A stretch of DNA of 64,000 nucleotides from Tubulanus polymorphus (Eukaryota > Animalia > Nemertea): the NCBI RefSeq assembly GCF_964204645.1, contig NC_134031.1, positions 7,750,001-7,814,000 on the forward strand, given 5' to 3'. The translations under genes and the position numbers were made by a program. The notes beneath the pieces are model-generated. The model worked only from the letters and a program-made list of their open reading frames with translations. It was not told the origin of the DNA and ran no database searches. This document shows, in pieces, positions 1 through 14,500 of the stretch. Each line of letters begins with the position of its first letter. Positions within the stretch are counted from its first letter, which is position 1.

Positions 1-1863
1 CCACTGGCTGTTTGGATGATGCCGAAAGTTCCCCCGAGACAGAAGCGATGGGAAATTCGGAGGAATCCTGGGGTTGTCGCACAGCAGGTTGAGAAGTGGT
101 AGGAACCATTTCTGAGCCGGCCAACATGGTGCTACCAGAACTATGTTGCAATTGACTGATCTCTCTATTTGATCCAGTAAGCGCGGCAGGACTGGTGTGG
201 GCGGGAACGCATACGCATGCATCCCCGACCAGTCCAGAGAGAAGGCATCGACCCCCCACGCTTCCGCGTCTGGAAACGGGGACACAAACAGAGGACACCT
301 CCGATTGCACCGGGTGGCAAACAGATCCAGCAGCGGATTGCCAAAAATGCCCCGAACCCGATCGGCTACTTCTTGGTGGAGAACCCATTCTGTCGCAATA
401 GCCTGACCTCGACGAGACAGAGCATCGGCCATCACGTTCCTTTTCCCTGCTAAATGTGCCACAGTCAGGGACACGCCCTTTGTCTGGCACCAAAGAAGAA
501 TTTTGGCCGACAGACCTGTGAGGGTTTCTGAGTGAGTGCCCCCTTGGTTCTGAAGGTAAGCCCTCACTGTTGAATTGTCTGTGGCTAACCAAACGTGGTG
601 GCCCTCCACTCTCCTGTGAAAGAACTTCAGGGCCTTCCACACGGCCAGCATTTCTAGGAAATTTATGTGGTTGGTGGCCTCGTAGCGAGACCATCTCCCG
701 GCTTTGACTCGGTTCTCCAGATGTGCCCCCCATCCTTGGTGACTGGCATCCGTGAATACACGAACTGGAGCCTCTAACGGGGCTAGTGACACCCCGAGCC
801 GAAGATTCGTAGTTGCCGCCCACCACTGAAGATCCGGACTTAGATCGGTTGGAGGTACGGGAATCAAGGCCTCCCAGTTGCCCTTCGACTGAGACCAGAA
901 GCCCTTCCAATATGGTTGCAAGCGCCTGCTTTTGAGGCGGCCTAAGGGCACCACCAGACCCATGGAGCTGATAGAGCCTAGAAGCCGTGACCAGTAACGA
1001 GCTGTTCTCGGGGTTGTGGACACTCCCGCTACAGCTTCTTGAAGTTTGGCTACTCGAACCATAGACGGAAAGACTTTGCCGATTCGGGGATCGAAGTCCA
1101 TGCCGAGATAAGTGAACTGTTGGGCCGGCGTCAACTGAGATTTTTCCCTGTTTACGCGGAACCCTAGCTGATGGACTAGGTCCAAGACTGAGGCCATTGC
1201 CTCCCGACATTCCTGAGCCGAATTCGCGACTATTAACCAGTCGTCGAGGTAAACGAACAGTCGAACACCCCTTGACTGAAGTACCTTCTGAACTGACTTG
1301 ACCAACTTGGTGAAAACCCACGGGGCCGTACTGAGGCCAAATGGAAGAGACCTGAATTGGAACTGGCGGCCTTTCCACTTTATCCTGAGAAATCGCCGAG
1401 ATTTTGGGTGAATTGGAACCTGAAAGTAAGCATCTTTCAGGTCCAATGAAGCCGCCCATTGACCCGGACGGAGCCCTTGAATCACGTCCTTGGGCTTGGT
1501 CATCCGGAACCTTGGAATGTCTAGGTGCCAATTGAGGGATGACAGACCTATCACTGTCCGTTGACCCCCTGTGGCCTTTGGTACCATGAATATTCGAGAA
1601 AACCAGCCGGGAGAAGTTTCGTTGCAAACTGGTTCTATCGCTCCCTTCTCTGCCAGTTCCTTGAGAGCCGGAGAGATTAAGGCCTCCTGACCTGGTTTTG
1701 GCCGCATGTCGGGAGGTGACCTCATCAGGCGCGGTCGCCTTAGGAAACGGAGACGGTAGCCACGAGAGACGACCCGGGAGGGCCAACCGTCTCCAAAGAG
1801 GTCGGACCAGTGGGTTGCTGCCTGCTGCAGACAACCTCCCACTTGTCCCAAGAATTCATTTCG
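1..1863 (-). CDS. DIRS pol: reverse transcriptase - RNase H - DNA N6-adenine methyltransferase-like domain (open to window edge, missing from ORF track)
   Basis: Manual translation: VGGCLQ..W, WFSRIFMVPK, SLDLKDAYFQVPI, LPFGLSTAPWVFTK, VYLDDWL (RT); VFTDASHQGWG, HINFLEMLAV, TDNSTV, NVMADALSR (RNase H); DLFAT, YAFPP, LVAPCWPAQKWF (MT). No stop seen. Confidence 0.92.
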
Positions 1864-2023
1864 AGTTTTTCCGAAAGGAAGAGCCCCTTTTTGGAGCCTT
1901 CCCCTTGCCTCGATACGAACCGGAACTGTTACGACCGGACGAGGCTTGACACGATTGTTGAAGTTGCGCGCTAGTTCTCCAACCGGCATCCGAAGCCGCC
2001 TGAGAAAGCGCTGAAGTTTGAGA

Positions 2024-5000
2024 CAGTGGCGGATTTAGGGGGGAGCACGCGGGGCACGTGCTCCCCCCCTAAAAGTCACAGCAAAAAATTTGGACCTACC
2101 TTTTCAAGCCAAATGAGTAAAAAAAAAATTTTTTTGGGGGATATTTGGGATTCGAACCCTTATGCCTTCTGCTCAACTGGATGTAAACCAGCCACTAGGA
2201 AGTAAATGCATGTAAAAAATAATTTCTCTGCCGCAATAAAATGATCATCTAACTTATATAACGCTTCTAAGGTATGTATAATTATATTTTTGTAAAGTTC
2301 TATTATCTATTCTTCTGTGTATATAGATTGCATTAAATTATGTGAGCCCACAAGAGAAATATTGACATTTCTATATATTAAATAGTCTGTGAAAAATCCC
2401 CTCGGCCTCAAGTTGAAGTAGTCGCGGACTATTACTAATTACATGTACCATTATCAAGGAGCTATGATGTATTTATAATTGAATGTTTATCATAGATAAG
2501 GCCAGTTCTGATTTTACTTTTGAAGTGTGAAATAGACATTGGCTTGCAAGCTTTCTGCCAATTTTTCAACTTGACGAACCAGTGATGAGTCGATCGTGAT
2601 TATCATATGCGAATTTGTTGAATTATTCTTATTTGTGTGTTTTTTTATTTTGCAGATGAAAAAGCAGACGAGAGCATTCACCCCTCCAACCGCACCCAAA
2701 AGAACAAAAAATGACATTCCGATTCCATCTGATAATTGTGATATTGGATTAATTGAAGACATAGCTAGCCTTAATGCCAATGAAAAGTATAAATTATTAC
2801 GGAAACACTTCGTTCCTGGTGAAAATTACAATTTCCCGACGACTCTATACCAAAATAAGAACAGGAGGTTTAGTGTAGATTGGCTAATTAAAAAGCAATA
2901 TGCAGGCCTGGTATATTCAAAGGCCAAAGAAGGCGGGTATTGTATATATTGTTGTCTGTTTGGGTCAAGTGATCTCGGAATACTACCTACATCTCCATTG
3001 ACGGATATGAAACACGCCCATGCTCGATTAGGGGCTCATTACGGAACTGATAAAAAGGAACAAAAAAAAACTCACCTTGAGGCACGTGAAAAGGCATTGC
3101 AGTTTCTAAATGTACATGAAAACAAGCAAAAAACTGTCGTGGAGCTGAGTAATAAGAATGCTTTAGAAAAGATAGAAAGAAACCGTACTGTCTTATCATC
3201 CGTGATAAAAACTGTCTTACTTTGTGGTAGACAGAATATAGCACTGCGGGGCCATCGAGATGATTCCCGACACATAAGTGATCCTGATATAAATTCCGGA
3301 AATTTCCAGGCATTAATTGATTTCCGTATGGATGCTGGGGATTCTGTTCTCTCGGATTACCTTGCCACCGGACCAAAAAATGCCACATACCGTTCAAAAA
3401 CAATCCAGAACAGTATAATCCTGGCCATTGGCGATAACATTGTCGGAGATTTGATTAATGAAATCAAAAGCTCACAATTTTACTCTATATCAGCTGACGA
3501 AAAAGCGGACACTTCACACAGTGAACAACTAAGTGTGGTTGTGCGATTTGTTGATTGCAACAAAGATATCAGAGAGGTTTTTCTTGGCTTTGTCGAAGTA
3601 TCAAGTGATACAACTGGATTGGGATTGTCTTCAATAATTAAGAAAACCCTTGAAGCTTGGGGTTTGTCCCTCGAAAACTGTAGGGGTCAAACATATGATG
3701 GCGCTGGTGGAATGGCTGGCGCTCAAAGCGGATGTGCTGCTCGAATAATTGCTGATTTTCCACTTGCAGTGTACACTCACTGCTACAGTCATTGCTTGAA
3801 CTTGATTCTCAACGACTGTGCTAAAAGCACATTAGTTAGAAATATGGTGGACTGTGCAGAAAAAGTCTATAAATTCTTCGACAATAGCCCCAAAAGAACA
3901 GATTATTTGGAAAATGTGATCAAAGAGGTATGCCCTTCAACGAAACAGAGACTGAAACAAATGTGTAGGACCCGTTTTGTTGAGCGACACGATGCATTCG
4001 AGGTTTTTGTTGAGCTCTATCCAGCGATTGAAAGATGTTTCAGCGATATGTCAACCTCACAGAATTTCAACCGTGAAACCACCAGTGATGCCACGACGCT
4101 TTTGGCAGCTATAACACAATTCCAGTTCATTGTGACCCTGATTACTGTCAAAAACTGTATGGGCTATACAAAAGGGCTTTCAAAAAAGCTTCAAGGCAGA
4201 TCTGAAGATATCTTGTCAGCATACAACAGCATTGAAATTGTTAAGGCAACTATCAAATCGGTTCGTTCAGATATAAATGCAGTATTTAGTAGCTGGTTTG
4301 AGGAGATTACAAATTTGGCAGCACAGAATGGCATAGCACCATCAAAACCACGTACCTGCAACCGTCAAAACTCAGCGTGGAAATTATCCTGCTGATACAC
4401 CTGAAGAATATTATAGGAGAACTCTTGTTATTCCATACATAGATGGTCTTATCAGTGGACTAGAAACCAGATTCTCTACATTGAGTGTCATTGCTTCAGA
4501 GCCACTGAAGTTAATTCCAACAAATGTGCAGAATACCACACTTAATGATCTGAAATCGTTCATCAATCAGTACAAACAAGATTTGCCATCCCCATGCGGT
4601 ATAAGTTCCGAACTCCTCCTCTGGAAAACTCATTGTTCTCAAGTCATTGCTAATCTAGGGAAAGATGACAAGAAACCCAATACTGCAGCTCAGGCATTGA
4701 AATTATGTAATGAGGACGACTTTCCAAATATCTTTATGATGCTGAAACTAGTTTGCACATTAGGTGTGACAAGCTGTGAGTATGAGCGGGCAAACTCTGA
4801 ACTTGGACTACTCAAAACATATTTGAGAAGCACCATGACCCAGTCCAGAATGAATGGTTTAGCATTGATGCATGTCCATTATGGACTTACCTCTAAAGAA
4901 GGCTTTATCGACCGGGTAATAGCAACATTCAGCAGACAAAATGCCAGGAGAATGGTTTTAAATAATATAATTGATGATTGACTTGATTTATTTCAAACCA

Positions 5001-6014
5001 TTGATGATAAGTTTCAAATATAGTAGTTTATTGTATCCATTGAATATTTTACCGGTGATTAGCATAAATTGCTTTTGATAAAGGAACACTGATGTAAGTT
5101 GTTTTTGTGCGGTTTTATGTATTTGTGCAATTTTAAATATGTTTATAAATCTATTCATCTGTAATGTAACCTGCTGATAAGGACTTAAAGAAGTGCAATA
5201 CATTCTTCTTTGTGTTGCCTTAGTCTATACATTATTAAGGTCGTTAATTAACTTGTGCAAATGTAAAAATGTTTTTGTTTTAAAATTTGGATAGTTTTAC
5301 TTTAATCTGATTGATTTTGACTAACTACTCAAAGTTATGCAATGTACAAGTAAATTTAATTAATCAGTGCAAATATAAATATGTTTTGTTTCAAAATCTG
5401 ATAGATAATCTATGATTAATCTGTATTAAATGGAAATATTGAAGGTAACTGCTGATAAAAAGAAAAGAAGTGCAATGTATCCTTCTTTGTGTTGCCTAGA
5501 TTAGAAAGTATTATTATGGTCATCTATTAACCTGTGCAAATGTAAATATGTTTTTGTTTTTAAATTTGGATAGTTCTTTATCTGATTGATATTCTATTAT
5601 TTTAATAGTGTAACTCAAATTTTATAATTGATACAAGTACATTATTAACATGTGCAAGTGTAAATATTTTGTTTTAAATGTGAATAGTTTTACCAGTTTT
5701 ACTTATCTGATTGATTTGAATAGACTTAGTCAAATTCCATGATACCAGTGTTAGTTTCTTTCTACATCTGATAAGTATGATTTAGGCATTTATATCTAAG
5801 GAGTATATTTTTCTCAATATGTTTCAGGGTTTTACCTTCACTTCTTTAACCTCCAGACTGCCCTAAAATGGACACGAGGGCCCCAATTTCCCCCAATGTT
5901 TCAGGGCTTTCCCTTCATATATATGACCATATAACCAATCATCTTTGACCTGAGAAGTGCCCTAGAATGCATCCTGTGGGCCCTAATTTTCAAAATTTTC
6001 TGGGGGGAGAACCC
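2024..6014 (+). mobile_element. hAT DNA transposon, right end deleted
   Basis: Left terminus CAGTGGCGGATTTAGGGGGG at 2024; transposase; subterminal direct repeats 5165-5990; ends abruptly at GGGGGGAGAACCC with no right TIR or 8-bp TSD. Confidence 0.88.
2657..4981 (+). pseudogene. hAT transposase (PRKRIR/THAP12/ZMYM-like, DUF4371 + hAT dimerisation domain) with one frameshift at ~4368
   Basis: CIYC..F zinc motif, GRQNIALRGH, GNFQALI, ISADE..D.S, QTYDGA, THCYSHCLNL, RTRFVERHDA; after the frameshift EEYYRR..IPYID, FPNI..LK, CEYERANS, LRSTMTQSRMNGLALMHVH. Confidence 0.92.
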
Positions 6015-7688
6015 ATGAACGCATGAATGGCGGCGTGAGTCTCGCGAGGCTCACCCGTCAACACCTTAAGTGCCATATCTTGAAACGAACCAACCCTGGT
6101 AAAATTGTCCAGGATTGACGTCATGGCCACCAAACCGGACTTAGGCAAACGAATACCCGACTGTGCTGTAACAGTATCCGGGCTGATCAAAGTATAATCA
6201 GCATCCAGGCAGTTATGACTGTGATCCACAGCACCTGGAGTTGCGTAATACGCCGAGCGAAATGCGCCTATAGGTGGATCGGTTGAACTAAAATATTTCC
6301 CAGATTTCATACCCCGTTCTGGAGGGGGAAATGAAAATGTTCCAGGCCGACATTCACCCCATAATTGCGTATCCAATCGAGCCCATTCTCTCGAAACCGC
6401 TGACGATTCCCGTAAAACGTTAAGATCGGAGTCCGGAGGGCGATAAGCTTCCATTGACTCACCGACCAGAGGAGCTGCTGTGGGCTTAGCGCGAGTTGCC
6501 CCGTGCTTGACAAAGAACTCACTTATCATCGCTCTAAATGGCATGTCCCCCGCTGGTTCGGATAAAACTGAACGGGACGGAGATACATTGCGAGCCAGGG
6601 AAGCCCCCATCGTCTGGGGCAACCCACAATTGCTTGCGACAGGAACGACCCCAGAAGGAATTGCCGCTTCTGGGACCGGATCCTCATTGAAATCAGACCC
6701 TACCGCAGCATCCAGGAATTCAGAGTCAGAATTCCGAAAAACTGAGTGGGCTGGCAAACTTCTAACCGGACAATCAGGAATAGGCTTACCTGTTGTAGAA
6801 GTTGCAGCGACTTGTTGCGACGAAGATAACAAGTTTAAAATTTTCTCCTCAAATACATGGAAATCCTTCTGAGTCAGGTATTTTCTAGTATCCCGACGAT
6901 CATGCCGACTTCGGTGACGGTCCCTCGAACGGGATCGCAACCTACTAGAAGAATCGCTTTCATTGCTAACCGACGTCGACGAACGATGAGAAGACCGACG
7001 GCGAAACTTCCGACAATAACGATCGTAGTCCCTCTCGCGATCAAACCTTGATCTGCGAGAAGATCTTGCTCGTTTATTATCTAGTGGGAGAGCGAGCTCT
7101 ATCCCCGGAGCGACGATCAGAATCAGACGATGAACGTACCGGATGTTTTGAACCGGACGACGTCTGGACCGGACCGGTGGCCGAACCGGACCGGACCGAT
7201 GCCCGACCCGGACCGGTACCGACCGAACCGGTGCAGGCCGTTCGCGACTACCACGGCGCGCGCTCGGTTCCGAACATGTAGTCTGAACCGGCCAAACCGG
7301 CCGAACGACCAGAGACCGGTGAATGACCGGAGACCGGTGAACCAGCGTTCCTCCCCGGTGAACGGAGTTGGGAAGCCGATCGTACCTGAACGACCGGCGA
7401 CCGCTCCGCTTTACGATAAGAAACAGGATTAGAAACGTCGGTTGGCACATCGGCCGAAACCGACGAATCCCTGCTAACTCGACGACGATCTCTTAGTTTA
7501 AGAGCCTTATCGGCCCGAAGCCAAAGGTCCTCGGACCACACGACGCAAATCTTGCAAGGATTGCTCCTTGCACATATTTGACCGGATTTGCGCCTGCACG
7601 ACGCACATGAATCGTGGTTGTCCCAGGCGCCAAACAAATGCCCGCATCCCTCCCCGCCACGATGCTGACCCTTAGGAGGGGGTGGCAT
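6015..7688 (-). pseudogene. DIRS gag-like ORF1, frameshifted; C-terminal remnant at 1856-2023 beyond the hAT insertion
   Basis: ATG at 7688; CGH..DNHDSCASC..C..NPCKIC..W motif, then Arg/Ser-rich region split between ORFs 7248-7709 and 5990-7450. The last residues GSPPRKF of the 5990 ORF come from hAT sequence. Confidence 0.8.
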
Positions 7689-8337
7689 AATTATCCTGTT
7701 ACAAATCAAAACAATTCAATTCAATCAAATTATATTTGTAAATAAAATTCTTACGGAAAAAAAGAAACCAGGGATAACCCCCAAACCGAACGGACTCACC
7801 GTTATGAGAGTGAAAACTCCCTAATATCCTAATTCCCAGATTTTTACGGCGAAAAAATCCAACGCGTTCTACTGCGAGAACGCCAAGAACAAAGATGGCG
7901 GATTTCGCCGGTGGCTAAATGCAATACCGCAGGGCCGGGTCGTATAGAAAAACCATTGGCGATAAATCCAAATTTAGAAAATATTGGCAAAAACCATAGG
8001 AAAGGGTACAGTACTCGACGGAAATACATGTATTTGTAATTCATAAGTAGGAATCTACGGACACCATGCTGACTTGGTGGAATGCGTATACACAAGAACA
8101 CATAGAAAAAAAAAGTATCAGGGAATTCATACGATAGTTGACTCTAAAAAAAATTTCGACTAATTCATCTAATTGCATTAGAAATTTGCAAAAGATAATG
8201 GCATATTATTATTTGTGAAAAGTGACGCATGAAAAAATAAACTTCAATATTGGCTGTTTGATATGCATGATTTAATAACAGATAAACCAGCATTTGTGGC
8301 TAGTTCATAGAACAGCATTAGCGCATATGGCTCTTAC

Positions 8338-8513
8338 CAGTTTTCCATCACTGTCATTGGAACTATCGGTCGGTTGTTCAGCTGACGCCGTGCCCACGGT
8401 GCCTTTCGTTTGAATGATCGACGGAGCAGAACCACCTCTATGAGTTACATTAGGCGTGATATAGTGAAATGCACTGCGTTTGTGTCCGATGGACAATGTG
8501 TCAAATGATGAAC
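8338..8513 (-). CDS. GTF3C5: GTF3C5 coding exon 7
   Basis: ttcag|SSFDTLSIGHKRSAFHY...DGKL|gtaaga, phase consistent with exon 6. Confidence 0.82.
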
Positions 8514-11500
8514 CTGAATTGAACGAACGAGATGTCAAAATGAGAGATATTCAATGCCGCCTGGTGACCAAATGCAGAAACAGATGACCATTCCAATAGG
8601 CTGAGGGTCGAATCATGAATCATTCTAAAACCCATTTATGGTAAACAAAACTAGGGGTCCAGGGACACCATGCCCACTTGGGAAGTGGTTCCAAATGCTC
8701 AACAATCTAACAATTTCAATATTCAACGCCCCCTGGTGACCATATACAGAATCCAATGACCTTGAAACTCACCACAATCATAGAACATGTCAGCAGCTAC
8801 GATTTTGTAATTGATTGTGATAACAAAATATGCCTCGTTACCACTTTAATATGGAAATACTAAGTTATTCTACAACGCCCCCTGGTGACCATATTCAAAA
8901 CCCAATGACCTTGAAACTCACCACAATCATAGAACATGTCACGAACTATAACTTTGTAATTGATCATGGTAACAAAATATGCCTAGGTACCACTTTAATA
9001 AGGAAATACTAAGTTATTCTACTATTCAACGCCCCCTGGTGACCATATAGAATAACTAATGGCCTTAAAACTTGCCACAATCATAGATGGTGTCATGAGC
9101 TACAACTTTGCAATTGATTTTGGTTACAAAATATGCATTGATACGAATATAATATAGAAATACTAAGATATTACATTATTCAACGCCCCCTGGTGGCCAT
9201 ATACAAAAACCAATGACCTTGAAGCTCACCACAATCATAGAACACGTTATGAGCTACAACTTTCTAAACGATTGTGGTAACAAAATACGCTTAGGTATCA
9301 ATATAATGTGGAAAAACTTTTTCCCACTTACGAATGAGTACTGCTGACACCAAGATGGCCGCCAATTGCGTCATAATTGGCTGATGAAAAATACCTGTCT
9401 CAGGTATAAAACATCCCTTTCCAAAGAATACCCATCACAAATTGCAATGAGAAATGATAAACCAGTAGGAAGCTACAGGACTCAGAATTTGGGCCAAAAT
9501 TAACATTTTTGGGCACTAAAAAGGTCATAGGACGGCCATCTTGAGTCCGATCAACCCAATTTTTGTTATGCTAATGGGCCCTGGGGGAATTCACATATAT
9601 CCGAAAGATCAAGGTAATTGATCAAAGCGTCTTCAAAATTTCCCTCAAAAAGTTCAAAAATGTGTAAAAAGTGCTGATTTTGGCGAACAACAATGGCTGC
9701 CAGTCGGCCATCTTGAATCTGACTGGATGACAAAATAACTGGATTCCGTCTACGGACGGACGGATGACGAAAGTGAACGCAATAGCCCGCTGGGACTAAA
9801 GTCCCAAGTGGGCTAAAAACGTGAGCATCTCAATGAGAATTCATGCATAAATATATATAATAATTAATATACATTGTATGAAGCAGAATTTACTATAATT
9901 CTAATTCCCCAATGCAGTAATGTGGGACATTGTCGCGATATGGTTGATACATACGTTGTCTGAATCTGAAGTCGATCGTTTGGTAGATTTTCGCGCTCGG
10001 ATCTTTCCGCGGATCATATCCGTGTCGAATCCACATCATTCTCCATGGTCCGGTGCACATGAAGTATGATACCAATGGCATGATAAACTTCATGAATGTT
10101 TTATCCTCTTTCATATGGTAACACAACGAGTTCTTCGACCAAATTGGTCTCTTTTCGAACATCTGGAAAATGCATACAAAAAAGCAAATGATGCAGTGAT
10201 TTTTACTGCGCGTTAATAGTATAGAGGTGCCATTTGGACATTTTCGAGTTTATATCCATTTTGAGTATTTTTAAACTTTCCTAACTAGGGATGGCCATTA
10301 AGGAAGTGGTTTGAAATAGTCAACAACCAAACTTCAATATTCAACATCCTCTCCTGAATATGTAAAGAAAACTCACCAGTCATATAACGTGTCACAAGCT
10401 ACAATTTTGGAATGGATTGAGGCAACAAAATATGCCTAGACTTAAGTGGGCTAAAAATCTCAACAGTGATTTAGAATAATATGGACATTAGTTTAGGATG
10501 AAATTGGCATTGAGATAAAATTCAAAATATTAGCCTTTGTCATTTCAACATAGTTACACCGTCAATATATCAGTATATGGATATCAAGTCAGAACAATAT
10601 CCCAAATGGGGCCTCATATTTGGGTCTACTAAACATTCTGAAAAATAGGACATCAACCCTTTAGCACCAAGAAAATTCATAGCATCGTTACCGTATTCAC
10701 TAGGAAATTTCGCAACTAAAACAAATCAATATACTCCAAGCCACAGTGGAATCCGCGATTGCCAGTCAAATGCAGTCCTCAGTAGTCTAAGAACCGAAAA
10801 AGAAATTCAGGGCGGCCACTTGTTTTTCCCCTGACTATTCCCTGACATGCAAATTGTTTTCCCTGACTTGATCTGCTAAGAATCCAATCAATTAGCCCTG
10901 TCAAATATGTAAGACAGCAGAAACTGTTTGATTTTACACACAATCTAACAATCTCAACAAATTTCCCGGACTTCCCAGATTTTTAGTTTTTTTTTGTTCC
11001 AAAACTCCCTGCCTTTTTTTAGTAAAGAAATTTCCCTGACTTTACCCTGATTTCCAGGTAAGTGGCCAATGTTAAGTAGTAAATGTTTGGTAACTTACAG
11101 CTTTAGCTCTTTCAACAGCAGCCTCAGCCTTTTCCCTCATGATTGACCTTATTTTATCCCACGCTTCTGGTATTGGTTCCATCGGTATCGTCTTATCCAC
11201 ATGATACACCAGCTGAGTGTAGTGAGATCTTTTGTGTCGAGCTGCAATCAGAACCTTACATTATAAAAATTGAAGCTAAACACAAACAATGGCATATAAT
11301 GGTGTACTCTGATTATCCACCAACATTGGACAAAATAAGTTTTAGTCTAGTGAATTATCAAACAACTAGGGGTCCAGGGACATCTGCCCTCTTGGTGGAA
11401 TGCAGCGCTTGAAAAATCTGGCAATTTCGATATCAGAGACTGCCTGGTGAACATCTACAGAAACCAATGACCTTGAAACTTATGACAATCATAGAACATG

Positions 11501-14500
11501 CAGGGCTGCCAACCTCTAAAATGTACTATCAGTTTTTCTTATTAACATTTCATTGAAATATGAAAGAAAATGTTCAAATTAGTCAGTAATCATCAGTAAG
11601 ACCTTCAGTAACACCTTTCTGTATGCATCAAACAAATCTAATCAGTATCTCTTACCATAAAAGAGTAACAAATACTGAAAATCAGGAACAGTTTACAGCT
11701 CTGAACATGTCATGATCTACATTTTCATAATTGATTGTAGTTATATGATATGTATGGTACCAATTCATATTATTCAACACCCCCTGGTGAACATATATAG
11801 ATAAAACTGACCTTGAAATTCACCATAATCAAAGAGTGCGTCAGACATAAGCCAACAATTGTGGTAACAAAACATGCCTAGTTACCAATAATACAAAATG
11901 TTGTTCCATTACTTAACGCCCCCGGGAAACATGTACAGTGTAACTCGCTTAATTCGGATCGGTTTTATTCGGATGGTCACTTATTTCCCACTAAATTCCA
12001 GTTCCCTCTAGGTTATTTCTATCAAAAATGAGAGAACATAATACGGATTTCATTTAATTCGGCCAGAATTTTGCAGACCAAGGCGATCCAAATTAAGTGA
12101 GTTGTACTGTACAACTAGGGGTCCAGGAACACCAAGCCCACTTTGGAAGTGGTTTCAAATACTCAACAATCAGACAATTTCAATTTTCAACACCTTGGTA
12201 AACATCTGAAACAAATGACATTGAAACTTACCACAATCTGAACACGTGTCATGAGCGACAATTTTACAATTGATTGAGGTAACGAAATATGCATAGGTAC
12301 CAATATACATAGAAATATAGCTGCAAAGCTATAACAGGTTTTCTGCAAAGCCATTCAGGATGATAGGAATTGTAGAAAATGTAAATATCGATACATAGAA
12401 TAAAATGCATTGACAGATACGAATGAGAACAACAATGGCTGCCAGCCGGTCATCTTGATTCTGACAGGGCCAGTTTCTGTTTCTGTGAAGAAACAGAAAA
12501 CCCTAAAAATTGGATTTACTTCAACATACAACTCACCCTGATGGGAACAAAAAATTGGGTAACCCTTATTCCATGTACGGAAATGGGTCCTAAAACAATG
12601 CTGACAATTGTTTATCAATAGTGTTAGTTTAAATCTGTTGATTTTCTGAATTCTTAATAGTAGCAACAGGAAACTTGTGGCAGAAAACCCTTAAAAACAA
12701 TTTTTGCAACTGACAGAGACTAACTTCATACCCTCACTGACGATCACCCCGCTCTTGATTTAAGCACCTATTTGTGACCAGTTGCAATGGATGCACTGTA
12801 GGCCTAAATGGTTTGAAATTGGCCTAAGCCGACCTTTAGTTGAAGTGAAGACAGAAAATAAATTCACATACAAATACAAAAACTTCATCATAAAAGATAC
12901 TAACCAACACCGATCAAATTCTTATTTTTCACACCGTACTTGTTCTCCATTGAGTCACCACGAGACTTCGGCTCAGGTCTATACATGTACTGCGAGGGAG
13001 TGTCACACCTATCATAAGAATATATTGAAAATAAATAATTATTCTCCTACATATATCGCCTTTTGAAAAATATCAATTCATTTATACACATTTGATAAAT
13101 GGAGGAATGGAGCAAAACTCAAACTGAGAGGAAACGTTACTGGCTGGAGAATAGAATAAAAGATTTTTGAAAAGGAATTAGGAATACAATGTTTCCATGT
13201 CTAATATAAGTAGCTAAATCCAAAAGATCTCTCCAATATAGGGACATAATACGTTTTAACTGGTTAAGCCCCTATGACATACGCTACCAAAATCATTCTC
13301 AAATCTGTATGACGCAAATTGCACACATCAATTTTTGTTAAATACTGTACACCCGCAATTGAATTAGTATTTTGATCAAGGCCAGGAATCCCCATTACCA
13401 AAACAGCCGCGATCACACAAGCGTTTTTGACTTATGCCAAATCTGATCATGGCTATCCCCCTACTGGTGCTGTATAGACATGTTTACCATATGCAGACGA
13501 TCAAAATAGCGGTCCAAAGACACTCAGAAAATTTTCTAGACCTATGCCTATTTTTGTTTTTTTCAAAATCTCATTATTTTAGTTATGACTGAAAACTTTT
13601 CTATGCGGCTCATAAGGTATAAGTGGTGCGTGCAGCTCTTTGTTATAATTATTGAACTTTCAGGTACAGTTGGGCCATACCTCAATGAAATCTAGACATT
13701 TCTATGAGTAATTTTTCCCACAATTTGACGAGATCTATTTAAAATGATTTAAACATTTCTGAATTACAAAATTCTTCACTGAATTATGTCCTAGAACAAA
13801 GGATCGCATTTTCTTATTACGTCCTTTACTGGACGGTTTAGTTGAGGAGTAAATCAAAAAGAAGATATCTACCTGGAGAAAAACTGTGGGGGAAGATAAA
13901 GTGTTGTCGGCTTCTGAAGCCAACTCGAATGTTCTACTCTTTTGATGATAAGCTGGTCACGTAGTGATTTATAGCTGTTGTCACCAGTCCTGGTCATTGG
14001 CATATACTGGAAATCTAACAACCCTAAAATGATAAATAAACACAAAATCTAGGGCTCCAGGGACACCATGCCCACTTGGGAAGTGGTTTCCAATGCTCAA
14101 CAATCTACAATTTCAATATTCAACGCCCCCTGGTGACCATATACAAAAACCAATGACCTTGAAACTGACTACAATCATAGAATATGTCAGCAGCTACGAT
14201 TTTGTAATGGATTGTGATAACAAAATATGCCTTGTTACCAATTTGATATGGAAATACTAAGTAATTCTACTATTCAATGCCCCCTGGTGATCATATGCAA
14301 AACCCAATGACCTAGAAACTCACCACAATAATAGAACATGTCATAAACTACAACTTTGCAATTGATCATGCTAACAAAATATTCCTAGGTACCAATCTAA
14401 TAAGGAAATACTAAGTTATTCTACTATTCAATCCCCCTGGTGACCATATAGAATAACTAATGTCCTTAAAACTCACAACAATCATAGACAATGTCATGAG

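Larger units (their letters stand above)
1..8024 (-). mobile_element. DIRS1-like tyrosine-recombinase retrotransposon (5' part: leader, gag, RT-RNaseH-MT), interrupted by a hAT element; lies in intron 7 of GTF3C5 and runs off the left window edge
   Basis: Gag with N-terminal Cys/His cluster, overlapping pol ORF with DIRS-type motifs; probable 5' end near 8024 (minus strand begins TTTCCGTCGAG). The recombinase ORF is not in the window. Confidence 0.9.

Noticed and set aside
195-1949. Short plus-strand ORFs at the window start
   Set aside because: Antisense to the DIRS pol/gag frames.
2140-2200. tRNA B-box-like GGTTCGAATCC on the minus strand
   Set aside because: No complete cloverleaf; at most a SINE-like scrap within the hAT arm.
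8720-9310. Regularly spaced CAACGCCCCCTGGTG repeats resembling a CRISPR array
   Set aside because: The intervening sequences are homologous to each other (tandem units of a HINE); eukaryotic context, no cas genes.
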